Below the pieces are notes generated by a model. The model did no database searches and was not told the origin of the DNA. It saw only the letters and a list, made by a program, of their open reading frames with translations. A program made the translations under genes and the position numbers. Below, in pieces: positions 53,599-64,000 of a DNA stretch of 64,000 bases. The number at the start of each line of letters is the position of its first letter. The stretch's first letter is position 1. The stretch lies in NCBI RefSeq assembly GCF_009914755.1, contig NC_060930.1, one strand, 5' to 3'. The DNA is from the human T2T-CHM13v2.0 reference genome, Homo sapiens.

Positions 53599-56470
53599 AA
53601 ATCCCATTGTAATTTCATCCTGAGGGGTAAAACTCAGCTTTGGCTCTCCTTGAAGGGTTTTCAATTTGATGGGTGGTGTATGTGTTAAAGTAATTTTGTA
53701 GCCCTTCTATTGTATTTGCTCCTGTTCCTATCCATGCAGAAGAAGAGTAGCAGGTAGGCAGAAAATAGAGATGGTCTAATTCTTTTCCAGTGCTTTTGTT
53801 TTCCTCTTTAAGCTCCAATTATCATATTCACATTTATATTTTAACAAGGCTGTAGCACATACATCCTTCTTCTCATTCTTTTTTTGCAAACAATGCAAAA
53901 TGCATCCTTACCTTGTGAAAATAGATTATGAACCCTCTATCATTTTAATGCTCAAATGCATTAGCTTATGTGTTGAGTGTCTCTTTGTTGGATTTTCTGG
54001 GAGAAACTTTTGAATATTTGTCAGCAAGCAGTTATCAGATATCCATCTTGGTGTGGGCAGCCCAGTGCTGGGAATGATGGAGCAGTACAAGATGTAATTT
54101 ATATTAGAGACACAAGACATGGCAAATGCAAAATATCAATAAGGAGGTAGGTTAGCACAGCAGAGAAAATTTTGGGGGGAAAGTCCTGTCTGTGTTCCTG
54201 GAAGAACTCCTGTGGCCATTTTTTTTTTATTCATGTAGATACAGGGCTTGTAAATGCTTATTGTTTTAGAGGAAATCCTGAGCCTGGGGAGTAATCTGAG
54301 TGCCTCAGACTGAAATTCTAAATACTCTGTTATCCATCATTAAGATGTTGTTTCATAAGTAGCATGTAAGGGTGATATTTAAAATATTAATTTCTGATAA
54401 AACAGGATATCTACTAACCAGAATGGATTCAGGCCACAGTGCTGGACCTGGGTCCCAGCAGTCCCCCTAAGGTACACTGTGTAATTCTTCAGTTACTAGA
54501 TAATAGACCGAGGAGAGGGTGGAAGGGTGGGAGGGACTCAGAGAAGTTCAGGGCAGTAGCTATTTGACTATTTCAATTTGTTTGATATGCATATAATATT
54601 TAGAGAGGGATCTTAGTATTTCAGCATACTTTGTGATCCGAATAGAATTAAATTAGAAATTAATAACAATAAGCTATCTAGGAAAACCATTTAATTTTCA
54701 ATACTTGAAAATTAAACAGTTTCCTTTTCAATTATCCATGAGTCAAAAAAGAAATCACAGGAGAAATTTTTATAATATTTCAAATAGGATGACAATGAAA
54801 ATATAACATAAATACCAATTTTACTACTTATCTACCGTGTGACTTTTGGTAGATTACCTAGCCTCTTACAGTCTCCATCAACTTATTTCTTAAGAGAAGA
54901 TAATAATAGTGCCTGCCTCTAGGTTTGTCAGTGAAGCCTAATGAGGAGCCTGTAACAGCATTTTGCAGAGCACCTGACAAAAAGTGAATATTCAAAAAAA
55001 TTTGAACCATTTTCATGACAAGCAATAGCCTTTGTTAGTTGTCTTTGGGAATAGAGAAAGGAGCCTGTTTAAGCTTTAGAATGAAGTGAATCAGAGAAAG
55101 CCACCACATCATGGACAAACAGTCATGAGGTGCAGGAGGCAATATGGGACAGTCACATAGTGACTCAGAAAAGAAGTGGCAAACAGCAACAAAGGGAAGA
55201 TTTCTGGAATGTGTAAATATTTCTATGAGATTTTTAAAAAACACCAGGGAGAGAAAAGAAATACATACAAATACACAGCCTGAGAAACAGATTATTTTTA
55301 TTTTGATAGGTAGGGCTAACCCCGAAAGTTCAGAAAACTTGGGGCATTTGGTTATAGGTTAGGTGAGCAAAACAAGAGTACATGGAACAGATTGTGTGTC
55401 TGGATTTAAGGATTCAAATAAAAAGGACTATTGTGGTGGGGTGGTGTTAGAATGGGAGGTTTTGCAGATAACATGAATCTTGTTGGGTCTTGGTAACTGA
55501 AGGGTCTTAAATAGCAGCATGTATAGGAGGGAGAAGGTTATTAGAAGTAGAGGAAATGTTTCAAGTTGAAGCAAGGAGGTGTGACTCAGCCTGTCACATG
55601 CATTCAGAGATGGCTGAGGTCATGAGGGAGACAGTTGGGCAGGTAATATTCGGTCAATACATACAGGAGGTTGGATGCCAGGAAGACTTGAACCTGATAA
55701 ATTCATATGCAGTCTAGAAGGACTAAGAAATCTCCAGGAAGAGAGAGTGCAACTTGAGGCTAGATGAAATAGTGAAATCAGTAAAAGCTCTCTCTCTCCA
55801 TTTTCTTTCTCTTACTTCCTATTGATGGCTTCTCTTTCCTCCATTGCCTGACCTTCATGCTGCTCCTGGTGTTCCCACTGTTGACTCAGCCCTGGCCTGT
55901 TCCACCCATGGGAATTTCCATGCCCTTCTTTTTCTTTATAGTCTCTTGCGCTTGTCCTATTTCTGTAAGACCCCTCTGGGTGATACATTAGCTAGTCTGA
56001 CAAATGAATCCGAGCTAACCAGTTAATGGGCAGATCTACTCTTTTTCCCGGATATGCATGGTTTCTGTTTTGTAAATAAGTGTCCTTCTATAATTCACAT
56101 ACAAATTTCTATCAGAGTAGCCTTTGTAGAATACATATATTTATATATATGTATATATATACTGACTTGCTGAATATACCATGTGCATTTCAGAAGAATT
56201 TGTATTCTGCAGTTGTTGGGTGTAATGTTCTATAAATATCAATTAAATCAGGGCAATTGATAATGTTGTTCAGGTAATCTATAACATTACTGAAAACTTA
56301 TAGATAGATACACATGTGCAAACACTTATGTATTTATATATTTTTTTAATGAAAAGAAGGCTTTTAAAGCCTGTGAAATCACTCTTTAGAGGTAACTGGC
56401 TTATTTAGCTCTCTCCAAAATGAGGAGAAGGAGAGGAACAGGCAGGAGACCATTTAAGAAACTTGAAGTC

Positions 56471-56772
56471 AGGCTGGGTGCCATGGCTCACTCCTGTAAT
56501 CCCAGCACTTTGGGAGGCCGAGGCGGGTGGATCACTTGAGGCCAGGAGTTCAAGACCAGCCTGGCCAACATGGCGAAACCCTGTCTCTACCAAAAATACA
56601 AAAATTAGCTGGATGTGGTGGCATGCACCTGTAATCCCAGCTACTCAGGAGGCTGAGGCAGGAGAATCACTTGAACCCGGGAGACAACAGAGGTTGCAGT
56701 GAGCTGATATTGCACCACTGCCCTCCAGCCTGGGCAACAAAGCGAGACTCTGTCTCAAGAAAAGAAAAGAAA
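56471..56772 (+). mobile_element. AluS in KLHL31 intron 1
   Basis: GGCTGGGTGCCATGGCTCAC...GAGACTCTGTCTC with A-rich tail. Confidence 0.94.
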
Positions 56773-58864
56773 CCGTTGAAATCAAAGCCTGCAAACAACT
56801 TTCTTGTGGCCGAATTTTCCTATGTATACTCATAAATTCAGTCTTTCTTTAGAGCTACCATGATATCTCATTGCCGGGTCTGCAACTCATAGGTAAGGCT
56901 GTCCATCTACCCACCCAAGTGTTCTCAGTCTGTGCCATGTTCCTCCAATAAGGACACTGCTGCAGATCCTTCAGAGGAACCTGGGGATCAGGATCATTGC
57001 TTTGAAGCTGAACAAAGCTCTGATGTTGACTTCAGGGCTGCAGAGTTGTTCATTTGTTCCTATGTCCTAATAAATGCTCTGCCTGTGGCACTGCTCCTGC
57101 ATCACCGAAAGCCACTGCTTTTCTCAACTTAAGGAGAACCGTAGTCTAGTAAGAATCAATAAGCCACATCTTATGCTCCAGGCCCTGTTACAGAAAAGAC
57201 TAGCTCCCTCTTTATGGGGGATCAGAACCCAGAGGCTATGTTGTCATGGGGCATACAGGAAAGGCTTCAACAAACTCTCCCGGCCTCTCACATTGGAGCC
57301 TTTCTGGGTACAGACACAAGGTACATCACACTGGGTGCAAACAAACACACACCCACCCAGACACACAGCATGCCACTTGACCAACCAGGAGTTTTCCACA
57401 ATCATGTTTAAGTTAAGAGCAAGGGCAATCTTTAAGGAAAGAAGTCATAAAAGGCCAGCAAAGTAATATATATGTACAGGAAAGGAAAGTGGAACAATTT
57501 AATTCACTTCAATTTACTAATTTGGTCATAGTGCTGGGCTTCAAGGCTGATGGTATGGGCTAATAGAAGATGACTGGAAAATCTGAGTATTTTTAAAACC
57601 ATATTATCCAGTAACCAGGTCACATATTAACATGTAGTCAGAGCAATTCATACAGGAACTCTCACTGTTTTATTCTACGATGATACAAATGTTCACTGTG
57701 CACTTCTAGGTCATCATCAATGATAGTCACAGTGACAGTCAAAATGTGGCTGTGAGGAAGAGGTGTTACGAAAATGAGTTACATGTGTGTGTTCATATAT
57801 AGAGTATAACCTACATGCTGAGCAATACATTTTGAAAACATTCCATTCTTTTTGATTCAATTGATATTTTAACTTTGCAAAGTTGGATGAGGGTTTTACT
57901 TACTCTCTCTTTTTTTTTAAAGCTCTCTCTCTCTTTTTTCTTTTTAACGGAGTGAAGGTCTTATTGTCAGCTGCTCAGGGCATCCCCAAGCTTGGTAGCC
58001 AGGGTCCAAGCTCAGTAGCCAGGGCCATCAGCCAGGATATGATTAGTATACCCTAGGGAGGGCTTTGACTCAGGTTATGGTCTGCATGGCCAGGCATGCA
58101 TCTTTGTTAAGCTGCCAGTGGCTAGGAGAGTGTGAAGGCCGTTTCTCCATTTTTCCTAAATGACAGCAGGCTTGGTTCTCCCTGGCTGCCTAAGGGGGGC
58201 TCTAATATGTTACCTTTTGGGATCAAAGGAAGGAAGAACTTTACAAGCTTCCGCCAGGACTGTTGGTGGCTTGCACTTTTCACACTGTTCCTACCAGTAG
58301 GAATTCTGGAAGGAGGAGCAGGTTTAGCCAGAGCAGCTGAGGTTGTGTAATGGGATGAACAGCTATTTGGAAGCACTGCCAGTCCCTTCCCTTTTTGGGT
58401 CAAAGAAAAGACTTTGCACAGGATGCAGAGGGTTGTAGAAGGGTCCCTATGCTACTGGAGCTATCCTTTCTTTCTGTGGAGGAAGCCCAGAGAATTCACC
58501 TTCCCTGGCTATGGACTCCACAGCCTCCTCTCCCTCTGCTGTATCTGCTATCACGTAGAGCAACCTCTTGACTACCCTGGAAGAGCTGCCCATTAGAAAC
58601 TGGGCAGAAGGGTAACAGAGATGCAATTGCACACTCCCCTCCCCATGCCTACTGCAGATCCTGGCTCTTGGGCCATTTCTAGTGCCATGTATTCAACACC
58701 TGATAAGCAGCTGGGCAGAATTACGTAAATCATTACATTTTTCCTCATCTTTTGTATTTGCCAAATTTAAGTATATTAATTCTTAAATATACATCACCAA
58801 GCAGGAAACTGTTTTATGTATTTAATGTGAATGGATAGCTCCATTTTCACCTAAAAAACAGCTA

Positions 58865-59090
58865 TATAGCTAGCATTTATTGATCGAGGGTGTACTATGT
58901 GCTGGGCCCTGGGTTAAGCACTTTACATCATTTTAGTTTTTAAATTTAAATATTACAGATATCCTAAAAGGTAGGTTATATTATGTTCATTTTACAAATG
59001 AAGAAATTAAGAATCAGAAAGAGTAAAAAAAACTTGTCCAATATCACATAAGTAAGTGTGCAGTGTGTGCTGGGGCAAAATTCAAACCCA
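58865..59090 (-). mobile_element. MIR
   Basis: TAGCTAGCATTTATTG...CATTTTACAAATGAAGAAATT...CTTGTCCAATATCACA...ATTCAAACCCA. Confidence 0.8.
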
Positions 59091-60084
59091 TGGAAACCCT
59101 GGGCCCCTATATTGTCTTCTTTAAATCCAGGGTAGGGTAAAAACTGTAGTAGGTTAAAAGTTAGCTTTTTCTAACATGGGAAGATAGAGACAGTGCAAGG
59201 TATAGCTGGTGTTTATAAATTTAAAATTTTGATATGGAGAACATGAAATGGTTCGTTCTGGTTCCAAATACTAGAATAAAAGAGTTACCTTTTTGAATGT
59301 AAAATAAATTTGTTTGGGGACACATCGATCCTGTGGATTTCTTTATCCTATTAAGGGTAGTAAGAATGTGAAAATCCAATAGGTTAGGTAAGCCAAATAA
59401 ATAGGGACAAGGAGGGCTTGCATGAATCTGTTTATCAGATAATCAAGCACTTCCTTTAGAAGTATTAGATTGAATATGAAATTATCATTTTTTGTTTAAA
59501 AGCAAATACTTTCAATCTCATATGGTTCAACTTAGCTAGAGGCTGTGCCTAACTTTTATCTATAAAGTATACAGACTCTATGCACTAAGTTAACTACAAT
59601 TCTATTCTCTAAGGCTGTATATAGGACACAAGGACACAGTACAAAGTTTTTGTTTGGGTTTTGTTGAAAACTTTAGTAAACTGGCTCTTTTTCTTTCCTA
59701 GTATTTTGTGTGTTGGAGGGAGAGGAGGTTAGAAATTGAGTTTTAAGACTGATGCCTTTTTGATTATCATAGAACTGAAAATTGGGTTTCGGTGTTCATT
59801 CTGCTCTAACCACTTGATAGACCTATAGCAGAACGTCCAACCTATCAGGATTTCAGTATAATCAACTGTCAAACAAGGAGATGCATTACTTTTGCTTCTA
59901 TAATTTTGCAGACAGTTATGAATACACAGCTGACTTTTGCTGTCAGAATTGTCAAAATCTGTTCCTACATTAAATCTCCCTGTAATATGGCCTTCCATAT
60001 CTTTAGAATCTACTCATTATCAGATAGGGATGAACGAACTGAGACAAGGTTTCTTTACATGGGATCTATATGTCTGGGTCTGAA

Positions 60085-60271
60085 CAGCTAGATTTAGCAA
60101 ATAAAAATACAAGATGTCAAGTTGCATTTGCATTTCAGATAAACTATGAATCATACTTTAGTATAAGTATGTCCCAGGCAGTGTTGAGGACATACTTATG
60201 CTAAAAGTTGATTTGTAGCTTACCTGAAATTCAAATGTAGCTGGATGACCTGACTTGTATCTGGCATTCCT
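60085..60271. mobile_element. MER53 palindromic MITE
   Basis: AGATTTAGCAAATAAAAATAC...TTTAGTATAAGTATGTCC / GGACATACTTATGCTAAA...TATCTGGCA. Confidence 0.85.
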
Positions 60272-61540
60272 GATCAGGGCTGGGTATCAGGTGAGTCCAT
60301 GAGTCCTGCGGAATAGTCTGAAACATACTGTGTGCATATGTTTATGTGTACTTTCCACACACTGGGCTCAGCGTTTTCATGAGATCCATAACCCGAAATA
60401 GATCCAAAATGACTGGACTGAGAATAATGCTGCCAAGCAATGGTACATAATTGGACCCTTGTCTGTAAGTGGGCAAGTCCATGTGAAAGTATTGCACTTA
60501 AATTCTTCCTGGCCCCAGCTGATCCCAGATGAAGACCCCCAGAACTGGTTATAGAAAAGAGTTGTTACTTCATATTTGAGAACATTTTCCTTCCCACTGC
60601 CCTGCACCCATGCTTCCTGGGAGTCCACAACAGGGTAAACTGGAAAGCCATGTGTGCTAAAGTGTCACTGTCACTCTCATGCCAGTATGAACTGGGATCC
60701 CAGAATGTCTTTTTGCCAAAGGGGCGAATCAGCTGCGCCTGCTCCCTGTCCTGGCCACATTCCTATCGCTGCATCTGTCGGGGCTCATCAGCCCTACCTC
60801 CAGGAATAGAAACCCTCCTGGCTTCTGTGGCTTGCCATTTTAAGTCCAACCTCGGGGTGGGGTGTAGGGGGGTGGTTTCCACTTCACCATTACACTTCCA
60901 ACATGATTTTTAATATAAAATATATGTCAGCATAATGATATGTGCACATTTAAGACAAAAACCTATTTTTTAGCCAAATAACAAATTTTTTTTTTTTTTT
61001 AGGAAGGATATTTCCATTTCATCAATAGGTTATATTTCTGGGAATTCAGAGTTGTCTGAGTTTTGTGCTACAGATTTAGTTAAAACTGGTAACATTTCAT
61101 CCAAACTGATCAGTAACAAATGTTAAAATGATTCTTGATAAAAATAAAGGTAGAATTCTAAACTTTGTGAACAAAGCCTAAGAATTTTCTCTCCTTCTCC
61201 TTCTCTATAAAGTAGTGAAAGAAAAATATATCTTAAGCTTTAGAGATTTAGAATTTTTGTTAGAAATTACAGGTGGTTTTACATTTGTAGGGCATCATTG
61301 TCATGCATTTTGTTACCGTGAAGTTCTCCTAACACGTTACATTTCTCAGATTTCAAAAAAATGTTTTCTGTCTCCCAACTTCAGATTAGGGACATGAACC
61401 ACCTGACCCAGCTGTAGACTCCCTTCAGTAAAATAGCTCTACAACCACAAACACTCAGCCCACCCTCTCCCACCCACACATCCACACACACCCCAGGATC
61501 TAGAAGGCAGGAATTGGCGACTCTGGTCCCAGCTCCTTAC

Positions 61541-61690
61541 CCTCCTTGGGTGAAGTGGCAGGTCAACTTGAGATGATGAAGTTTTAGCAGGAGACTCCTC
61601 TTGGGAAGGGATCTGTGGAGATAGAGAGAGGGAGAAGGAAAATCCGGTGGGGAGCCACCAGCAGCCACCTGACAAGACCCGGCTGCAGCA
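61541..61690 (-). other. KLHL31: KLHL31 non-coding exon 1 (5' end approximate)
   Basis: Donor GAGG|GTAAGG at 61541|61540 directly below a GC-rich promoter-like segment; no ATG in the exon. Confidence 0.75.
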
Positions 61691-61880
61691 ATTTTTAGAG
61701 TGACCCTTTGCCGTCCCACTGGATAAGGCAGGCCGAGCCTGCGCTTTGGCCCGGGAGCAGAGCAGCGAGCGCCCTCCTCTCCGTCTTTGGCCTTCAACTC
61801 TCCAGCCAGCCGGGGGCAGGGGGCGGGGCTCCGGTTGGTGGAGAGGGGTTGGGTTTCTTGAACTGACCAGCTGCTCAAAA
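61680..61880 (-). promoter_or_regulatory. KLHL31 proximal promoter
   Basis: CpG/GC-rich segment. GC box GGGGCGGGGC 61820-61829, E-box CAGCTG 61868-61873, GATAAG about 61722, MEF2/TATA-like CTAAAAATTG (minus) 61689-61698. Confidence 0.7.
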
Positions 61881-61881
61881 T

Positions 61882-61936
61882 GAAAAAGAAAAGAAAAGAA
61901 AAGAAAAGAAAAGAAAAGAAAAGAAAGAAAGAAGGA

Positions 61937-61984
<48 letters not shown>

Positions 61985-62035
61985 AGGAAGGAAGGAAGGA
62001 AGGAAGGAAGGAAGGAAGGAAGGAAAGAAAGAAAG

Positions 62036-62085
<50 letters not shown>
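61882..62085. repeat. 204-nt pure purine compound microsatellite (GAAAA)n-(GAAA)n-(GGAA)10-(GAAA)n
   Basis: No pyrimidine on + from 61882 to 62085. Confidence 0.97.
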
Positions 62086-62256
62086 TCAAGAGCTCAATCA
62101 ACCTGTGTGAGAGGAAAGAAAATTAATTCGATGGATGTTTAATTGTTGGAAGCAGGGATTCTAGTAGAGTAAGGAGAAGGGAAGGCTGTGGATTAAAAAT
62201 TAGTTTTTGGAAAGGTAATTAGCCTGGTCACCTACGGTCTTTTGAGAAGATAGTGG

Positions 62257-62266
62257 TTATAAATAG
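62257..62266. promoter_or_regulatory. Consensus MEF2 site upstream of KLHL31
   Basis: TTATAAATAG fits YTA(A/T)4TAR exactly, about 0.6 kb upstream of a striated-muscle gene. Confidence 0.6.
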
Positions 62267-63366
62267 CCTATTCTTTATAAGAGGAGCACGTATCTACCAG
62301 ATATGGTACTTTCTACAGCACCTCACATGTGGTTCTAACATTATTAGGCTCATTTTAGAGTTTAATAAAGTGAGGTTTATGGCCAGCGATTTTCCAGTGA
62401 TCACAGAGAGGTCTGAGATTAACACACACTCTAGCACACATGCAGGTTGGGAAATATCTACTTTGGCAACACTTCATGAGAAAAAAAATTCAATGATTAT
62501 AATTGACTACAAATTTTAATGGGCACCAAGAGTGTGAAATGGTTGCTTAAAAAGTTAACATGATATTAAGCTACAATAATAGAAAAATAGATCATGGAAA
62601 ATAAATGTTCTAATTATTCTTCATTAGTCAGATGATGTGTTAAGCATCACTTTGCTATCTTGGCACTCTGAGAACTTACTCTTCATCCTACAGAGATGGC
62701 TGGAACAAAAAAACTTCAGAGGCGGTGCATGTTGGAAACATCTGAAGAGAAGTATGACAAAGAGAGGACTTTTAAGATAAGTGAGACACCTGAGAGCAAG
62801 TGTTGTGGGGGCTGTTGTACAGCAAGAGGATTCAGTCAAAATTTCTGTAGCCTAAAATGTCAAAAATTTTAATGTGCAGTAATTCCGGGGAAATACCTTA
62901 AAATAAAGAAGAAGAGTGCAGATAACAGCTGGGCTCTAATGATGAAAATGGCAGCCTTGTAAAAGAGTCAGTTCTCTATAATTAGAAGGGTGGAAGTAAA
63001 AGAAGTTGCAGGACTGGTGTGACATTGAAGGGACTCTGTCTATGGCTGGGGGCTTGCACTGCATCATCTCTGAAATCTTTCCAACTCTAAGGCTCTGATT
63101 CTATATGTGCCAGTCTCCAGTTCACCTGAGACTCTCAATTCACTGGATAGCATCTGTCTATTGACTACTTCTGCTGGAATTCCCACCAATTTTTTAGTAG
63201 GAAAAACTATTTGGATTTTTTTTTTAATTCTTTGCTTCTACCCATAGATCTCCAGCACAGAAAGCGCCAGGAGCAAATCAAAGAAGCTTCTATTATGGTT
63301 TGCTTCTAAGAAATTCTACTTGGTCCCACCTCCTTGACTCAGGTAAAGGGTCAGAACCTTCCATCT

Positions 63367-63470
63367 TTGTTTGTTTGTTTGTTTGTTTTTTGTAGAGACA
63401 GGATCTCAGTATGTTGTCCAAGCTGGTCTCAAATTCCTGGTCTCAAGTGATCTTTCTGCCTTGGCCTTCA
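63367..63470 (-). mobile_element. Alu left-monomer fragment with (TTTG)n
   Basis: TGTAGAGACAGGATCTCAGTATGTTG...CTTGGCCT. Confidence 0.82.
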
Positions 63471-64000
63471 ATCCCGTTTTAATTGTAATAAAAGTCAGCC
63501 TTATATCAGTATTTATGATAATGATGATATAATGATGGAAAGGGCCTTCAAGAAGATGTTGGTACCAATATTATCTTCTTCAAGGGTTCAAGACTATTAA
63601 TTCCAGTTTTACTGGAACATCACTGAGATGCTCCTTTCAATATAATATAATGTTAAGATATGAACACAAGTGGAAGAATAAAAGGCAAAAAATGGAAAAT
63701 CTAAGACACTTTAAAAATCATTTTCAGAGTAGCTAGTCTGTGTAACCATTCGACTACTGCTATGGTAGATACACTGGAAACACAGCATGGGACAGTAGGT
63801 TGTAGTGAATATTAAGAAATTTTGTCTTTGTCTTTAAAGCAATGAGTCTACCAATTGGAGCATATTTAATAAAAAAGAGGGTCATGATGAGATTGGCATT
63901 TTAGAATGAACATTCCGTAATTTGGGGATGTAACCTTAATGGAATTTAGATTTGTTTCTATTGCTAGTGCCTGTCTCTCTTCCACCAACCTCCTGATACT

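Noticed and set aside
61439-62110. 220-aa and 76-aa low-complexity ORFs as stand-alone genes
   Set aside because: Largely the stop-free purine microsatellite. Only the exon-1 part in frame with KLHL31 is kept as a finding.

Overview
Human (primate) genomic DNA, AT-rich and dense in transposon relics. The locus is recognisable as chr6p12.1 from the KLHL31 protein. The only supported protein-coding gene is KLHL31 (muscle BTB-BACK-Kelch CUL3 adaptor) on the minus strand: non-coding exon 1 ending at 61541, coding exon 2 (51239-50035, ATG 51206), and exon 3 from 48263 (stop 47531). The CDS totals 1905 nt (634 aa), with a ~3.7 kb 3'UTR to about 43845. On the plus strand, splice signals outline a five-exon transcript (about 12640-12729, 17139-17417, 24280-24376, 24505-24621, 26943 to about 27325). 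By position I take this to be LINC01564/RAMS11 (recalled, not looked up). I found no new multi-gene system. The best leads are: (1) a stop-free reading frame across exons 1-3-4-5 of the lncRNA (123 aa; nested 117/80/62 aa starts); (2) its exon-1 donor was built at the target-site-duplication junction of an MST LTR; (3) an ARE/AP-1/TCF/HNF1 motif cluster just upstream; (4) a strong 3' splice site inside KLHL31 exon 1 that defines a 72-nt phase-0 exon in frame with the KLHL31 ATG; (5) a miR-1302-like MER53 hairpin in KLHL31 intron 1. Repeat subfamily names are from memory of consensus sequences and their boundaries are approximate.
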